A stretch of DNA of 64,000 nt from Daphnia carinata (GCF_022539665.2 NC_081332.1:4526001-4590000), one strand, 5' to 3'; counted from the first letter of the stretch, positions 1 through 12,399 are shown. Translations and numbers: made by a program. Notes: a model not told the origin generated them from the sequence alone.

Positions 1-323
1 GTGTTCGCCTAATGCCAATTCATCCTCATGTTCAGTTAGGGATGAGTTTTGAAAAACCTCCTTCAATGTTTGGAAACTGTTCCATTCCAATTTGTTCTTT
101 TCCCCTAGCTGAGCTTGTAGACTCAAAATTTGAGCTACAAAACACAAATGAATAAAAGCAAATAAATAGAATCACTACGTATTAGGCCTTACCAGCCTTA
201 GCTTTGCTGTTATCTAATATTTTGTGTTGTTCCAATAATTGGGCCTGCAGCTTCATAATTTGATCTAATAAACAATAAATAATGTTTATACTTACCATCC
301 TTTTGTTGTATTATCTTATCCAT
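1..323 (-). CDS. 5' part of an unidentified spliced gene, probably coiled-coil; exons about 323-296, 264-193, 134-<1
   Basis: GT-AG sites (GTAAGT at 295, GTAAGG at 192, TTGTAG at 135) join to MDKIIQQKD-DQIMKLQAQLLEQHKILDNSKAKA-AQILSLQAQLGEKNKLEWNSFQTLKEVFQNSSLTEHEDELALGEH, open to the window edge. The first intron would be only 31 nt, so the 5' end is uncertain. No family recognised. Confidence 0.55.
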
Positions 324-652
324 TTTTCAATTGTTCCTCCAGCCACGCGTTATTCTCTCCATCCACGCTACTGAACTAACTGCGAATGGCATCCAATGGA
401 CTGAAATTGCATACGCCAGTAATAACGAGTCTGAACGGTAGATGGCTACGTGTCGGAAAAAAGAAAAAAGTGATTTTTTTTTTTTTTTTGGCGAAATTTT
501 TTTTTTTTTTGTGTCAAACGGATTGCCATATTTTTTACGGTTTATTCAAAAAGTATAAGCTTAATATAAAAATAAACCAGATTTTGGTGATCAGCGATCA
601 ATTTCGCATCAGAAAAATGTACTTTTAAGTAAATCTAGAATTTGCCGAAAAT

Positions 653-690
653 TGAAAAAGTGGGAAGGCTATAGCCTTCTTACTTTTTCA
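653..690. other. Near-perfect inverted repeat (hairpin) in an AT-rich intergenic spacer
   Basis: TGAAAAAGT-GG-GAAGGC-TATA-GCCTTC-TT-ACTTTTTCA; fully paired if two G-T pairs are allowed. Confidence 0.7.
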
Positions 691-1030
691 TTTTTGACCA
701 AATTTTAAATTTTGCTTAAAATACATTATTTCGATGCAGAATAGAATGCTATTCACGAAAATAAGGTTTATTTTAGAATTGGCCTTATAGTTTTCAAATT
801 AAACATAAAAAACAGAAAGTCGGGCTTATTTTGTCGGGCTTAAAAGTTGTTTGTCGAACTAGAGTTGCAAAATGCCTTTTCGTCTTTGCTTTGTTCACCA
901 AAACGATTATGTATTTCCTTCACCATAGTGCCGCAATTGCTGTAAACATAGCCTAAAAAGAATGAAAAGAAAAGTATAATTGCGACAATTTTTTCTCATC
1001 GTCTTGTGTTTTCGAAGTGTTGCGTCTTTT

Positions 1031-1073
1031 TCAGTTGTGTAAACCATGCGCCTCTAGCATATGATCATCATAC
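1031..1073 (-). CDS. CASP: CASP isoform, last coding exon (lumenal tail, stop)
   Basis: Acceptor CCGTTAG at 1074, phase 2. Encodes (K)YDDHMLEAHGLHN-TGA, resembling human CASP KFADHLHKFH. Confidence 0.88.
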
Positions 1074-1148
1074 CTAACGGGAAAATTTGAGGAAAAAAAC
1101 AATAAGAAAACGTTAATTGACATTGATATAGTATTGATTGGGGCTCAC

Positions 1149-1294
1149 TTTTGAGCACACTCGGCGGCCATATCTCTGTGACAAGTTTCAGTATAGGCCA
1201 GACGATAGAGAACGAGGAAGACCAGCAGATGTAGGACGGAGAAGTAGACGACGGCAGCAGTGCGAGCAACGCGACTTGATAGGACCATTTGTCC
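1149..1294 (-). CDS. CASP: CASP isoform exon with the C-terminal transmembrane anchor
   Basis: TTTACAG acceptor, GTGAGC donor. Encodes GQMVLSSRVARTAAVVYFSVLHLLVFLVLYRLAYTETCHRDMAAECAQK; compare human CASP GRLVLSNKMARTIGFFYTLFLHCLVFLVLYKLAW. Confidence 0.93.
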
Positions 1295-1447
1295 CTGTAA
1301 ATTGCCGATAGAGACTTACTTTTAAAAAAATAAGGGAAAGAGAAACCAGAAGGCTAAAAGAGAGGGCTGGAGAGCCACGGTGCGAGTCAATTTCTTGTTA
1401 TTTGTCGAACTTCTGGGAATTCGATGCTCGCCGTATATTTTACGTAC

Positions 1448-1609
1448 CATCGAGTAAGTGATGCGTTCGAAAGGACCCAGTTGAGCTAGTTTACGTTGCC
1501 GCTCCCTGCGAGAGAACGAAGCGAACGGATCCAGACGGTCCTCGTACTGACGTTCATAGAGTTCCTCCGTCTCCGAACTTATTCCAATACCGGTATTCTT
1601 GGTGGCACG
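1448..1609 (-). CDS. CASP: CASP isoform exon (CASP C-terminal domain)
   Basis: 162 nt, phase 0-0, AG/GTACGT. Encodes RATKNTGIGISSETEELYERQYEDRLDPFASFSRRERQRKLAQLGPFERITYSM; compare human YSSQYEERLDPFSSFSKRERQRK. Confidence 0.95.
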
Positions 1610-1699
1610 CTACCAAACACAAGGCAAACAAAATGTGTGCAAAAAAACAATAACAACACAGGCAAAAATCTATCACGTTTTTTAAGGAAACACGCGCAC

Positions 1700-1841
1700 C
1701 TGTCCGGAATAACTTTGAAGGAAGCGAACTTTCTCATAAAGTGCCACATTATCGGTGCGAAGTCGTTCGACTTCGCTGTGCAGTAACGCCATCTGCTGCT
1801 GTTGCTCCAGATTTTGAGCCTCCAATTCTTGATTGCGTTGC
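1700..1841 (-). CDS. CASP: CASP isoform exon (coiled coil)
   Basis: 142 nt, phase 2-0. Encodes (R)QRNQELEAQNLEQQQQMALLHSEVERLRTDNVALYEKVRFLQSYSGQ; compare human RNQELEAE...LRADNIKLFEKIKFLQSY. Confidence 0.95.
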
Positions 1842-1949
1842 CTTTTCCGATAAATGAATTGGAAATATAGTTTTGAAATGCCGATCGATGAAGTCGAACA
1901 TGTTGAAGCTAAAAGCTTTCATTATTGATTGAGATTCGAACGGCATTAC

Positions 1950-2116
1950 CTGAATCTTTCACGTTGAGCCTGCAAGATTGGAAGCAAAGTGACGGCTGTT
2001 TCCGAGTCGCTATGCAATCCGCCCGATACCGGTGAAATCCCTGCCGACGAGCTTCTTCCCAACATGTTAACATCCTTGACAGCTTCAGCTACCCAATCAT
2101 TGGCATTCGCTTGGCC
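1950..2116 (-). CDS. CASP: CASP isoform exon
   Basis: 167 nt, phase 0-2, TTGCAG/GTAATG. Encodes GQANANDWVAEAVKD...TLLPILQAQRERFR; compare human SLLSIISSQRERFR. Confidence 0.93.
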
Positions 2117-5100
2117 CTGCAATGGTTTCAAACAAATCAAATCATCGCGTTTTTATGAATATGAACGGAGTGGAACAAGCGATGTATATTTTTCCCTTCT
2201 GCCTAACCGATTCTATAACGTTATTATTCGCCAACTCAATTTATGGGTCTAGTTAACCAACTATGGTGACACTAATAAAATCCTGGAGAGTTCTACTTCT
2301 TTTTACGACCTTCATTAAGGAAGCAAATGGCGTTGCGGGCGCCGGATCCGATTCTGCCCTCCCTCCGCTCGCCGTCTTCTCTCATATTCGTGCATGGATT
2401 TATGAAAGAGCTGAATTGAAACGACAAGATGTGATTACTGAAATGTAAAAAAAAAAAAAAAACTAATGTCCGAGTGGGATCTTTTTTCTCGTTTCATATA
2501 AAATGACCAATCAAGCCTGGCATACGCAGCGGCAGGATGTCCTGGGTGCTCTCGTCCAATTGACGCGGCACGGCCATTGCAATCAATCCATTCTGTACAG
2601 CTGGTTTGTACAGGACTAGGGAGGAGTCGGTCGTCATCATTGCGCAAGAGGAATTCATACGTGTCGCATCACAAGCTCCAATAAACGTTGAAATCCACTG
2701 GCTGGCGTCGAAATTTGCACCCACATGTCGGATGATTATCGTCCAAATGTAATTACATGCCACCGCCACCAGTTTCCCTTGCTCCCCGAGCTCGCTCTCC
2801 CCTTGTCCCGTATTTTTTTCCCCCCTCTTTAAACAGAACTTGCCATGCTATGCGTGATTAAGAACATTCGTTCTAAGTGGTCACGCGGAGTCGGTAAGTT
2901 TCTGTAGCGGCCGTGGCGATGAACGAATAGAAGGCAGCGGCGCAGCCAACCAGACGCGGCAGTAGCATCACATTGAAGGAGACTTAAAATTTTACATAAT
3001 TGCATTGCTGTCTGGAGTGGGCTGCAGCTATAGAAGGCGGCCAAAGAGTGTACGTATATATTTCTATAGGAAAAGCGGTGGCGGGGTTGTAGGAGCGCAA
3101 GTGATGGGTGGCAAGGGGGAGGGGGATGAGCGAATTGAAGGAATGAGGACGGGCGGTAGCGGGACTGTAACAGAACCGACGAGATCCGCCGAATGGTTTT
3201 AACTGGGGGCGGTAACTTGGTTTATCCTGGCAGTGCATATACTTTGAAGATAGGTTCAGAACATCCTGATTTATTGACAAGTACGTGCTCGCGCGTGTCA
3301 GCTATACGAGCGCTGTCCAGTTTTTTTTTTTTTTTTCAGTCTCTACTTCCCCCCAGAAAAAAAAAGGCGCTGCCTATCCGCATTAAATATATAGATATAA
3401 CTTTATAGATTTAAGGGGGCGTGAGGAGGACTCTGGGCAGTGGAGTCTCTACGTTCTGTTTACAGTATTTGTATGTATCGAAAAACCTGCGGTATGTATC
3501 CTTTTATACGGATGTCTGTACTGCACAGCCAGAAGACGAGTTTTGACTGGAACAACTAACCAAAAAAAAAAAAAGAGAAAAACTAGAAGCAAAAAAATTG
3601 TGTACATCTATCGAAAAAAAAAAATGGGAAGGAATAAAAGAAATAGAAGCCGAGCAAAAAGAATAGAAGAACGAGAGAAAAAAAAGAAGGAAGAAACTCT
3701 CCGACAGGAAGCTGCCTTTTGAAGTTGGATCGTTTTGCATAAGTAAGGATAACCACATTTAAATAATTGAAACCCGCCTGATTCCCATGAGCAAACACAC
3801 AGAGCTCCCCCGGATGAGGGAAATAGAAGGAAAAAAAGGAACGGGAGAACAGCAAAGAAGGCACGCGCTTAGCCTCTGTATATCGATGGCGGATACGTGT
3901 ATCTATAGCTCTGTAAACTATATATAGTAAATATACATACATTTATTCGAATACGTCTAAAAAGTATAGTTATTGATTTTTTCTTGTTTTCGTTCTCTCA
4001 GACTTCCTCTATCTTCTTCTCTCTGTCTATATTCCGACGGCATTCTCTATTATATCCACTAACGTACGGAAAAAAAGAAACAGAAACTATCGTGATCCGA
4101 TCGAAAATCCAGCCGCTAGAAAGAATGTTTTTCCTGTTTTCTTGTGTTTGCCTTCAGTTCGGATGTGTTCCGAATCCTAGCCAATCATCGCCCGAGCCGA
4201 GTTCCTCTTCCTATAAATATGCACGCCATGCTGACTTCTCAAACTCCGCACTAAGCGAAATAACTTGGTTGATCGTGGCGACCATGTCGGGAATTTCGGC
4301 AAAACAAACAGAAAAATGGGGAAGACAAAACTTCCACAGATTGAAAGAAACTGTTTAATTCAAAACGCTCGATACCGTTGGTTAGGGAATAAAAAGGAAC
4401 CGCTGATTAGCGACATGTTGGTTTATATCAGAGGCGGAAAAAAAGGGGGAAGTCCCACACTGTCATCGAATCGATGGCGCATTACCCGAAATAATCAAGA
4501 AATCATTTCAATAAAGCATTAAGATGCGGCGGTTTGATGGGAAGAGAGCATCCATGCGGCACTGAAGCCCGGAGCTAATCTCCTTTATTTGCCTTGACCC
4601 GAGTCAACTGGAAAATAAAAAAAAAAAAAAAAAATACAAAAATACAAAAAATAAGTCGTTCGGCGTCCTCTTCCCGCCCGCCTTTTAGTGAAATGTCATC
4701 AATCGTGACGTTCCGTTCTGTTGGGCCCTGTCTATCACAATCAAGCCTCGCTCTCTTGGCACTTCGTTAAGTCGATTCTGTCAAGACCGGCACATCACCT
4801 CCGGTTCAAAGCATCGGCTCAACCTCTTATACCTCCCTCTATCTCGTTATGAAATGTTTTCTTCCATTACGGATCGTCGACGCTATGACTGACTGACTCG
4901 AACGCAATAGCGGCACGACGATGATCCCGATCGCGAGTCGCTTCTCATCACATTTTAAACGTGGACGCGGAAACTTAAAAAAAAGGTTCGTTCATACATT
5001 GAAACACCATTTTTCTTTTCTGCTTCATCCCAAAGGATGAAAAATAAAAGGAAAAGCGACATGGAACGGGTCGGTAACGGGTCCACGATCGATGCAATTG

Positions 5101-5652
5101 AGGGGAAAGGAGAAAAATGAAAAGAGGAGGAGGGGGAGAGAGAGAGCCATAGAGTTTATATGGTACAAGTACACATATATATACCTGACGCCCGTCCGTG
5201 TTAATTTATGCCTACGGATCGAATTTTGACAGGGCGTTGCATGATAGCTGTCGAGGATCGTGTTATAGGAGGCCATCAGCCGCGGCGCGCGATCAAGTTA
5301 CACGACACTTGGGAGTTGATAGGAGACGGCTGGAGTGATATTGATAGAGAAAAGGAGCCAAACGAGAGTCGAGAATGAGGAAAACTTTAAATGTCCCGTG
5401 CAAGTAGTGGAATCATTTTCGACTCGGCTCAATCTATCAATAACCGACTCCCCACATTGAGCCTTTAGAGCGTTGTGTCAGTGTAATCCTTCCTCTCTCT
5501 CCCCCCCCCCCCCCTTTCTTGAGCATTTGATCAAAGGGAACCTTTTGCGTTCATGGCAAATCTTCACTTACAACGCCTACAGGCGACTATTACTAAACGG
5601 AAATCGAATAAAACAACAGTTTTTTTTTTGTTAAAGCGGAACTATGGTATAC

Positions 5653-5789
5653 CTCGGCTTCACCGCGATTCAGGGTCGACAAATGTTGAAGGCTGCTAAC
5701 ATCCAATTCGAGCTGCTCAATCAGTTCCCGTTGCGATTTCACCTCGGATTGAAGGCTGACGTTCTCTGCCGACAGTTGTCCTGTTTTGC
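5653..5789 (-). CDS. CASP: First CASP-specific exon
   Basis: 137 nt, phase 1-0, TTTGCACGCAG/GTATAC. Encodes (G)KTGQLSAENVSLQSEVKSQRELIEQLELDVSSLQHLSTLNRGEAE; compare human EQRELIARLEQDLSIIQSIQRPDAE. Phase matches the donor at 34438. Confidence 0.9.
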
Positions 5790-8700
5790 CTGCGTGCAAA
5801 AAATGATTTATTGAAATAGATAGTTAAATACAAAAATCAATAACGAGAAATGGGTTAAGTGCGCTTAATGTCTACGGCCAGGTTAGTTCAGGAAGACAAA
5901 CAGCGTGAAATGAAACGAAACGTTTCAGCGTATGGAACAAGTGTAATGATTGAAATATCCAAGGAAAAAAAAACGCGATCAAAAATGTCAATCAATAAGT
6001 TTCAAGAAATCGAACAAGATATTGGAGAGAGGTCATGGGTGGGGATGGCCCCCTTTCAAAACAAAAAAAAACAAAAAAAAAAATCGGGAAATATACACAG
6101 CAAAAGAGCAGAAATCGTCTTTTCTGTTACTTCCTTTTTTCTTTTTCCTTTTCTCCTTTCCCGGAGGAAAACGGGAAAGAAGACAACAGGGCCAGTGGCG
6201 AGGAGAGAGAAGGGGCGAGCGACACAAGATTGAACAAACAAGGTGACAAAACATACACATACACTGGAGGATGTGGAGAGTCAAGAGAAACAGACAAGAG
6301 AGAAAGATGAAAGAAAAGAACAAGTTAAAAGATGGAAAAGAAGAGAAAAAGAAACGCGAGAGAAAAATAAGAAAAGAAGAAGAAGAAGAAGAAGAAGAAA
6401 AAAAGATTTCCTTTTTGTCTTTTCAAAGAAATATATATAAGGCCATGGAAAACGAGATTATACAGATGGATGGTTCATTTTCGAGAACAACATCTTCGGT
6501 TTTTTTTTTTTTTTTTTTTTTTTTTTTGTGTTTTGTTTGTATTTGCTTCCATTCAAATTCTGCGCTTTCTGGACGAAAGAACAGAAACGATTATGTGACA
6601 GAAACACAAGGGGCAGTTCAGTCCGTGTGCTGAGTGAAAAAGATTGAAAGGAGGAGGGAAAACTCAATCAAAGGGTAAAAACAAAAACAAAACAATTGTT
6701 TCAAAATAAGAAACAGAATCAAATCCCGTCTAGTTTTTGCGCTTTTGTTTTTTTTTTTTTAAATGCCCGTCTGTTACTTTCCAATTCAAATGAATTGTAG
6801 TTTTATGTACAAAAAATGAAACACACAATTTCTTTTTCTTCCATTTTGTTTTTCTACTTTGTTTTGTGGAATTTGGAAGATTTTGGTTGGTTTGTTTTTC
6901 ATTGCGTCATCGTGAAACGAAGAGGGAAAAAAAAAAAAAAATTTGGAAAGGGGCAAGAAAGAATGAAAACATGGGAAAAAAAAAAATAATTATGGAGACC
7001 TGCCGGGCAGCAAAAATTCACGCAATAAGCCAAAGTAAAAAACAAAACAAAAAAAAAAACCCAACGTTCGTCATTTGTTTCTTTTGTCGCTGTTTCGTCA
7101 AAAGACTTGTGTGACAGGGGAAGAAAAGAATAGGGGAATCGGCAGGGATTTGACATGTGTGTTTCCTGTGTGCGGGATTCGATTAGCGAGTGGCAAACGT
7201 GCGCTGCGAGCGAGGAACGAGCAAGAAGAATGGGCTTACAGAAAAGAGAGAGAGGGAGAGAGAGACCGTAGAAGTATTGGATGAACTCATCACGGGGATT
7301 GGCCATGGCATCACACACGAATTCGCCACTTATTTGCGGGCGAATGAATCAAAAAGAGAACACACACACAGACAACATTCGGTTGTCTTTTCTTGCCCTT
7401 ACTCCTATCTGTTTCTTTTAAAAGAAAAATGACACAACTGAACAGATGTCAAGTATAGGCTGAGGGAGGAAATATAGAAGACGATACACAGCCAATGAAA
7501 TAAGAGCAAAAAAAAAAACAAACAAAAACTGTTGCTTTTCCCACTGTTTCAACAGTTAACGTTGCACGAGGAATATCTAGAGAAAAAAAAAGACGATTTT
7601 CTTTTGTTTCTATATTATAGAACGCATACACGCACACAGAGGCTGGCATCACGCACGAATACTTGAACGAACATTAGAGACGAGGAGGCCCACGGGGAGA
7701 AAGACGAAACGGCGAAAAGAAAAAAACGAACTGATTTCCCTTTTTTTTTTCTTTTTCTCAAAAAAAAAAAAATTAAAAAGAAACAACATCGAAATAAAAA
7801 ATCAACAACCTTTCCTCCAAATACGCTCTGCATACGAGGGCGATTACATCAATTATGATAAGTCAGAAAAATATATAGTTACAATCATCGGGGAAGAGGG
7901 GGAGGGGGGGGGGGGGATTACGGGCAGAATAAAAACAGGAGAAATAGTTCGAGGGGCGGCTTTTGCGGGAAGAGAGAAAACGAACGGACACAGCCGAAAA
8001 AAATAATTAATACTCTCCCCACCCTTTTTTTACATCCACATCCCAGCCCGTTTTTTTTTCTTTTTCAAAAATTGAGGTTTTTTTTTTTTTAAAAAAAAAA
8101 GGGGGAAAGGGCAGTTTTTTTTTTTTTTCTTCTTCTTCGGGGATGGGACCGGATATATGTATAAATATATATCGGGGGCAGCAGTGACAATAAAAAAAAT
8201 CATCTATTTACAACGATACATGCAAATTTTGAATTTTCTCCTCTCATTTTGTTTGTCTGGGTATGCTAATGCTTTTTTCGTTTGTTTTCAACTTCTACTG
8301 CAATTTTGAAAAATCATTCATCTTTTGTTTAAAAAAAAAAAGAAAAGAAAAGAGACAAAAATTCCTATGGCGCGCTAGACCAACATGCGTACGGTTCATC
8401 GAGAACGTAAACAAAATGAATAACGAAAATCATTTCCACCTGTGCGGTAATGAAACCATTAAACAGACGATAATAGCAAAAAAAAAAAAAAAAAAAGAGA
8501 AGCAAGATAATGACAGCTTTTTTTTTTCGACACGAAACCGAAAAAAAAACAAATGAACCGAGCGATTGAATACCGGACAAGTTTTGTGTTGAATTATTAT
8601 TTACTTTAAAACATTTTTTTTTTTTCAGTTTTTTTTTTTTTTCTAAGTTTCGTTTCTCATCCCCTCCCATTTCCTATTGTAAAATGGGTTAGACAAAAGA

Positions 8701-10236
8701 AAAAAAACCTCCTTCGCAAATGTAATTAATAAAAAAAAGGAAAACTGTAAAAACACACACGCACTTCACTGGGCCATTGTTACGATTTAGAGACCTTCGC
8801 GATTTCATCAACTTTTTGTTAACATGAAAAAAAAAAACAAACATTGGAGGTCAGAACGGATTGCGATGCGGGAGAAATAAAAAAAAAAAAAAAAAAAAAA
8901 AAAACCCCAAATGGAAAGCTGCTCTTTCGTCTTCGTTCTCGTTACGAATTGAGGAAGACGTCAAAAAAGAAAAACTAATCCCCTTCACGCAACGTCTAAC
9001 AAGTCAAAATTGGAAGCAAAAAAAAACAAAACAAAATAAATAAATAAAATAAAAACAAAAGAGAAGACGACATCTTTGGAGTCGGATGAGTAGACGAGTA
9101 CGAGCAACTTCTATTCCCCGCATTGTCTTTAACTTTTCCCTTATCTTTTCTCAAATAATTTAATTGGTTAATAAGAAAAGAAAAAAAGGAAATGAAACAT
9201 AAACAGCTGTTACGTTTTTTTTTTTTTTTTTTTTTTTTACTATGCGTTTTCTCTTGTTTGTTTTTGTTTTCTTTTCCACCCCAATCAATGCAAAATTGGA
9301 GGGCGACAAAACTTTTACTTTTAAATGTGCCCCTACACCGGATGGGTGTGTGTATGTTGGTGTCAACTACACACGAATGGAACGGGAGCAACCGAGTAAA
9401 AGAAATAAGATTGAAAAAAAAAAAAACAACAACAAAAAAGAAAAGGACTGGCATCGTAAAGAAGTGGAACTGGTAACGAATGTTAACACGAAGCAAATGT
9501 CACGCATCCAACCCCTCTCTGCCTTTTTTTTTTTTCTTCTGAAAAACAAGAAGGTTTGGGAATATTATTATTATTTTTTTTTTCTTTGCGGATAGACGTC
9601 AAAAGAGGAAGGAAATTGCTCATCCTAGATAACACAGCGTACGTATCTTTTTTTGTCTTTTGCTTTGTTTCCATTTTTCAAAAATAACTTCGGTGGCTAA
9701 ATAAAGAAAAACGTAGCGACGGTCTTTGCTGTTTGTTTCATCAACTTTTGTCCCTCTCCCCCCCCCCTTTAGTTTTTATTTGTTACTTTTTTGTTTTTAT
9801 TAAGCAGCTCTTTCGCCACTCCCTTCTGTCCGTTCTGACCACCAAGTGGCACTTGACGAGACCTGCGTTCGGCTAAAATGAAATACAAAAATCCTGGCCG
9901 ATTATCACACACGTCAAAACAAGAACAAGAATAAGAAAAAAAAACAAACAAAAAAACAAACAGAATCCCTCCCGCAAACAAACAAAATGCCTACCAAACA
10001 ACTAAATTATATAATAATCATATTTATAATAATAACAAGCAAGCATACACAACGCACGCATTCGGTCCGCGCATTATCGATTTTTGTCTCCTCATCTGTT
10101 TTTGAGAGCGCGCACAAGTTGCTCTGACTAAAGAAAACACGATTCATTGAATTTTTTTTTTAAATATAAATTATTTAAAACCGAAAAAAAAAAAAAAAAC
10201 CAAACCCCAAATTTTCCGGCTGTGTTGAACCGTTTT

Positions 10237-10285
<49 letters not shown>

Positions 10286-10462
10286 GTCTTTTTCTCACAT
10301 TAGATAAAACGGGAGACACTGAAGGAGGAAGTGGAGGACAAGGGCGAGGGGCGCGTTTGGAGATTGGTAGTTTGCGTGATGAGAAAGGCGATGGAGCACA
10401 GAAACGTCTAGACGGACAAGTTCAGCTTCCCAACTTGGTGTAGGGCCATCGCTTCACTAAAG

Positions 10463-10494
<32 letters not shown>

Positions 10495-10574
10495 GCACAC
10501 ACACACTAACCGCCACACCGAAAGTGTCTTGCGATCGGAGATGGGGGGTAGTGGGCGGGGTAGTGGGGGGGCTG

Positions 10575-12281
10575 TTAAGAATGTTCGTTGTTATCATCGT
10601 CTTTGGCTTCCTCATCGTCGTCCATCTTCTCCTCATCGGAGGAGGGCGAAGGGGAAGGTGACGAACGACGAGACGGACTCATGTGCCGATGGCTCAATTT
10701 GTTGCTGGCCGACTCGTCTTCCTCATCGTCTTCGTCCTCGTCGTTGTCGTACTTGTCGTCGTCGGCCGAACTCCGGCCGCCGGCCGCTTTAGCGTCCGCC
10801 TCGACGAAATTATTCAAATTGGCGTCGACGCTGTGATGGAAGCGAGAAGACAACAGTTTGCTCTTCTTCTTGTCGCGCTCTTCGCTACTGTCCCGATCCT
10901 CCGATTCGACACGGTCGCGTTCACGTCCGGCAGAGCTCTGCTGCCAGTGAGGGTTCACCCACTGAGGGGCGGCCGGTTTCCGGCTCCGACGAGACGATCT
11001 GGCCGCCTGCGCGGCCGGCTCCTCCTGCGACGACACGCTCAGGTGATTGCCGCCACCCGTCGTCTTGGCCGAAGCCATGGCCGTCATTAACGGGCTGGCC
11101 ATCTTGGCGGGCGGTCGAGCGTCGCGTCGGTGCGCCGTCGTCGTCGTCGTCGTCGGCCCCGTCCGGCTCGACGTGTCCGATTCGCAGTCGCTGTCTTCGG
11201 CTTCGGAATCGCTGTGAGCGAGGGCCGCGGCGCGCTGCCGGGCCAAAGTCAAGTCCAGTCCTTCGGCTCCCGGCGCCATGTCCGGCGAAGGATTGCCGAG
11301 ACCCATGCAGAATTGCGACAGCATGCCAGTGGCGTAGAAAGGATACGGCATGCCCAGCGAGGCCATCATGTTCAAATTGCCGGCCAATTGAGGAGGCAAG
11401 CCGGCCAGGGAAGCGGGCAAATTCATGCCGCCCGCTCCAGGGCCAGGGTGATGGCCACCGCTGCCACCGCTGCCACCGCTGCCACCACCTGTGGCGGCCG
11501 CGTGGTGTCCCGAAGCGTCCGCATCGCCGGCGGCCACTTGCATTTCAAAGAGGCGCTGATGGAAGAGCAAGCGGAAGTGGATGGGATCAAATTGTCCCGA
11601 ACTTTCACGGCCGCCGCCGCCGCCGCCGCCGTTGAGCGTGGCGGCCGGCGAAGCGGACGACGAGATCTCCTCCTTGGCCGAGCAATCCAACGAGTTGGAC
11701 TGTTGCTGCTTGAGGCGCATTCGGTGGTTGTGGAACCAGTTGGTGATGGTGCGCGTCGACAGGTTCAACTCCTGGGCCAGGAATTCCATGGCCGACGTGC
11801 TGGGATACGGGTCCAGGCTGAAGGCCAGCTTCAGGGCCTCCTTTTGCTGGTCAGAAAAGAGGATTCTCTGCTTCTTGGCCGGTGACGGCGACGAGGAGGA
11901 CAGCGAGGCGCCGGCGCCCGTCGTCAACGACGTCGCTTGATGGTTCTGCCCGCCGTACGGTGACGGACTGCCGCCCATCGAGCCGTCGTTGCTCGAATTG
12001 TCGCCACCCATAAACGAGTTGGTGTTGCTGGACGCGTTTGAATTGGGAGCGACGTCATTGGGGCCCATGGGGAAACCCAAATCGCGTCGCCGTTTACCGG
12101 CTTCCCGTCGCTCCGTCTTGAGGCGCTGGATGTGTTCGATGTTGCGCGGGTCGCTCAACCACAACTGCATGCGGATGAACGGCTCCCGGCCCTTGATGCT
12201 CAACATGTGCCACGGTTTCGGCTTGGAGAGCAACTCGGAGACGGATCCCTGCGACAAGCCCAGCACGGCTTCGCCAAAAAT
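10575..12281 (-). CDS. cut: Cut terminal exon: second half of CUT repeat 3, Cut-class homeodomain (about 11700-11879), C-terminal tail
   Basis: Acceptor TTTCAG at 12282. Encodes [42 protein letters not shown], then KKQRILFSDQQKEALKLAFSLDPYP...TITNWFHNHRMRLK with the His50 typical of Cut/CUX. Stop TAA at 10575. Confidence 0.97.
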   Translation of the reverse strand: MFGEAVLGLSQGSVSELLSKPKPWHMLSIKGREPFIRMQLWLSDPRNIEHIQRLKTERREAGKRRRDLGFPMGPNDVAPNSNASSNTNSFMGGDNSSNDGSMGGSPSPYGGQNHQATSLTTGAGASLSSSSPSPAKKQRILFSDQQKEALKLAFSLDPYPSTSAMEFLAQELNLSTRTITNWFHNHRMRLKQQQSNSLDCSAKEEISSSASPAATLNGGGGGGGRESSGQFDPIHFRLLFHQRLFEMQVAAGDADASGHHAAATGGGSGGSGGSGGHHPGPGAGGMNLPASLAGLPPQLAGNLNMMASLGMPYPFYATGMLSQFCMGLGNPSPDMAPGAEGLDLTLARQRAAALAHSDSEAEDSDCESDTSSRTGPTTTTTTAHRRDARPPAKMASPLMTAMASAKTTGGGNHLSVSSQEEPAAQAARSSRRSRKPAAPQWVNPHWQQSSAGRERDRVESEDRDSSEERDKKKSKLLSSRFHHSVDANLNNFVEADAKAAGGRSSADDDKYDNDEDEDDEEDESASNKLSHRHMSPSRRSSPSPSPSSDEEKMDDDEEAKDDDNNEHS

Positions 12282-12399
12282 CTGAAACAAAACGAAACAA
12301 TTTTGAATGAATAACACATTGGCTTCAAGACGATGTGTTTTTCAAATTTGAGCACAGACGTACGGGGCAAAGGGATGTAATGTCAAATGAAAAGTGTAC

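Noticed and set aside
2263..3280. Possible nested gene in the 3.5-kb CASP intron
   Set aside because: Sequence is complex, but I could build no consistent splice chain or recognise any protein; a non-coding or regulatory role is not excluded.
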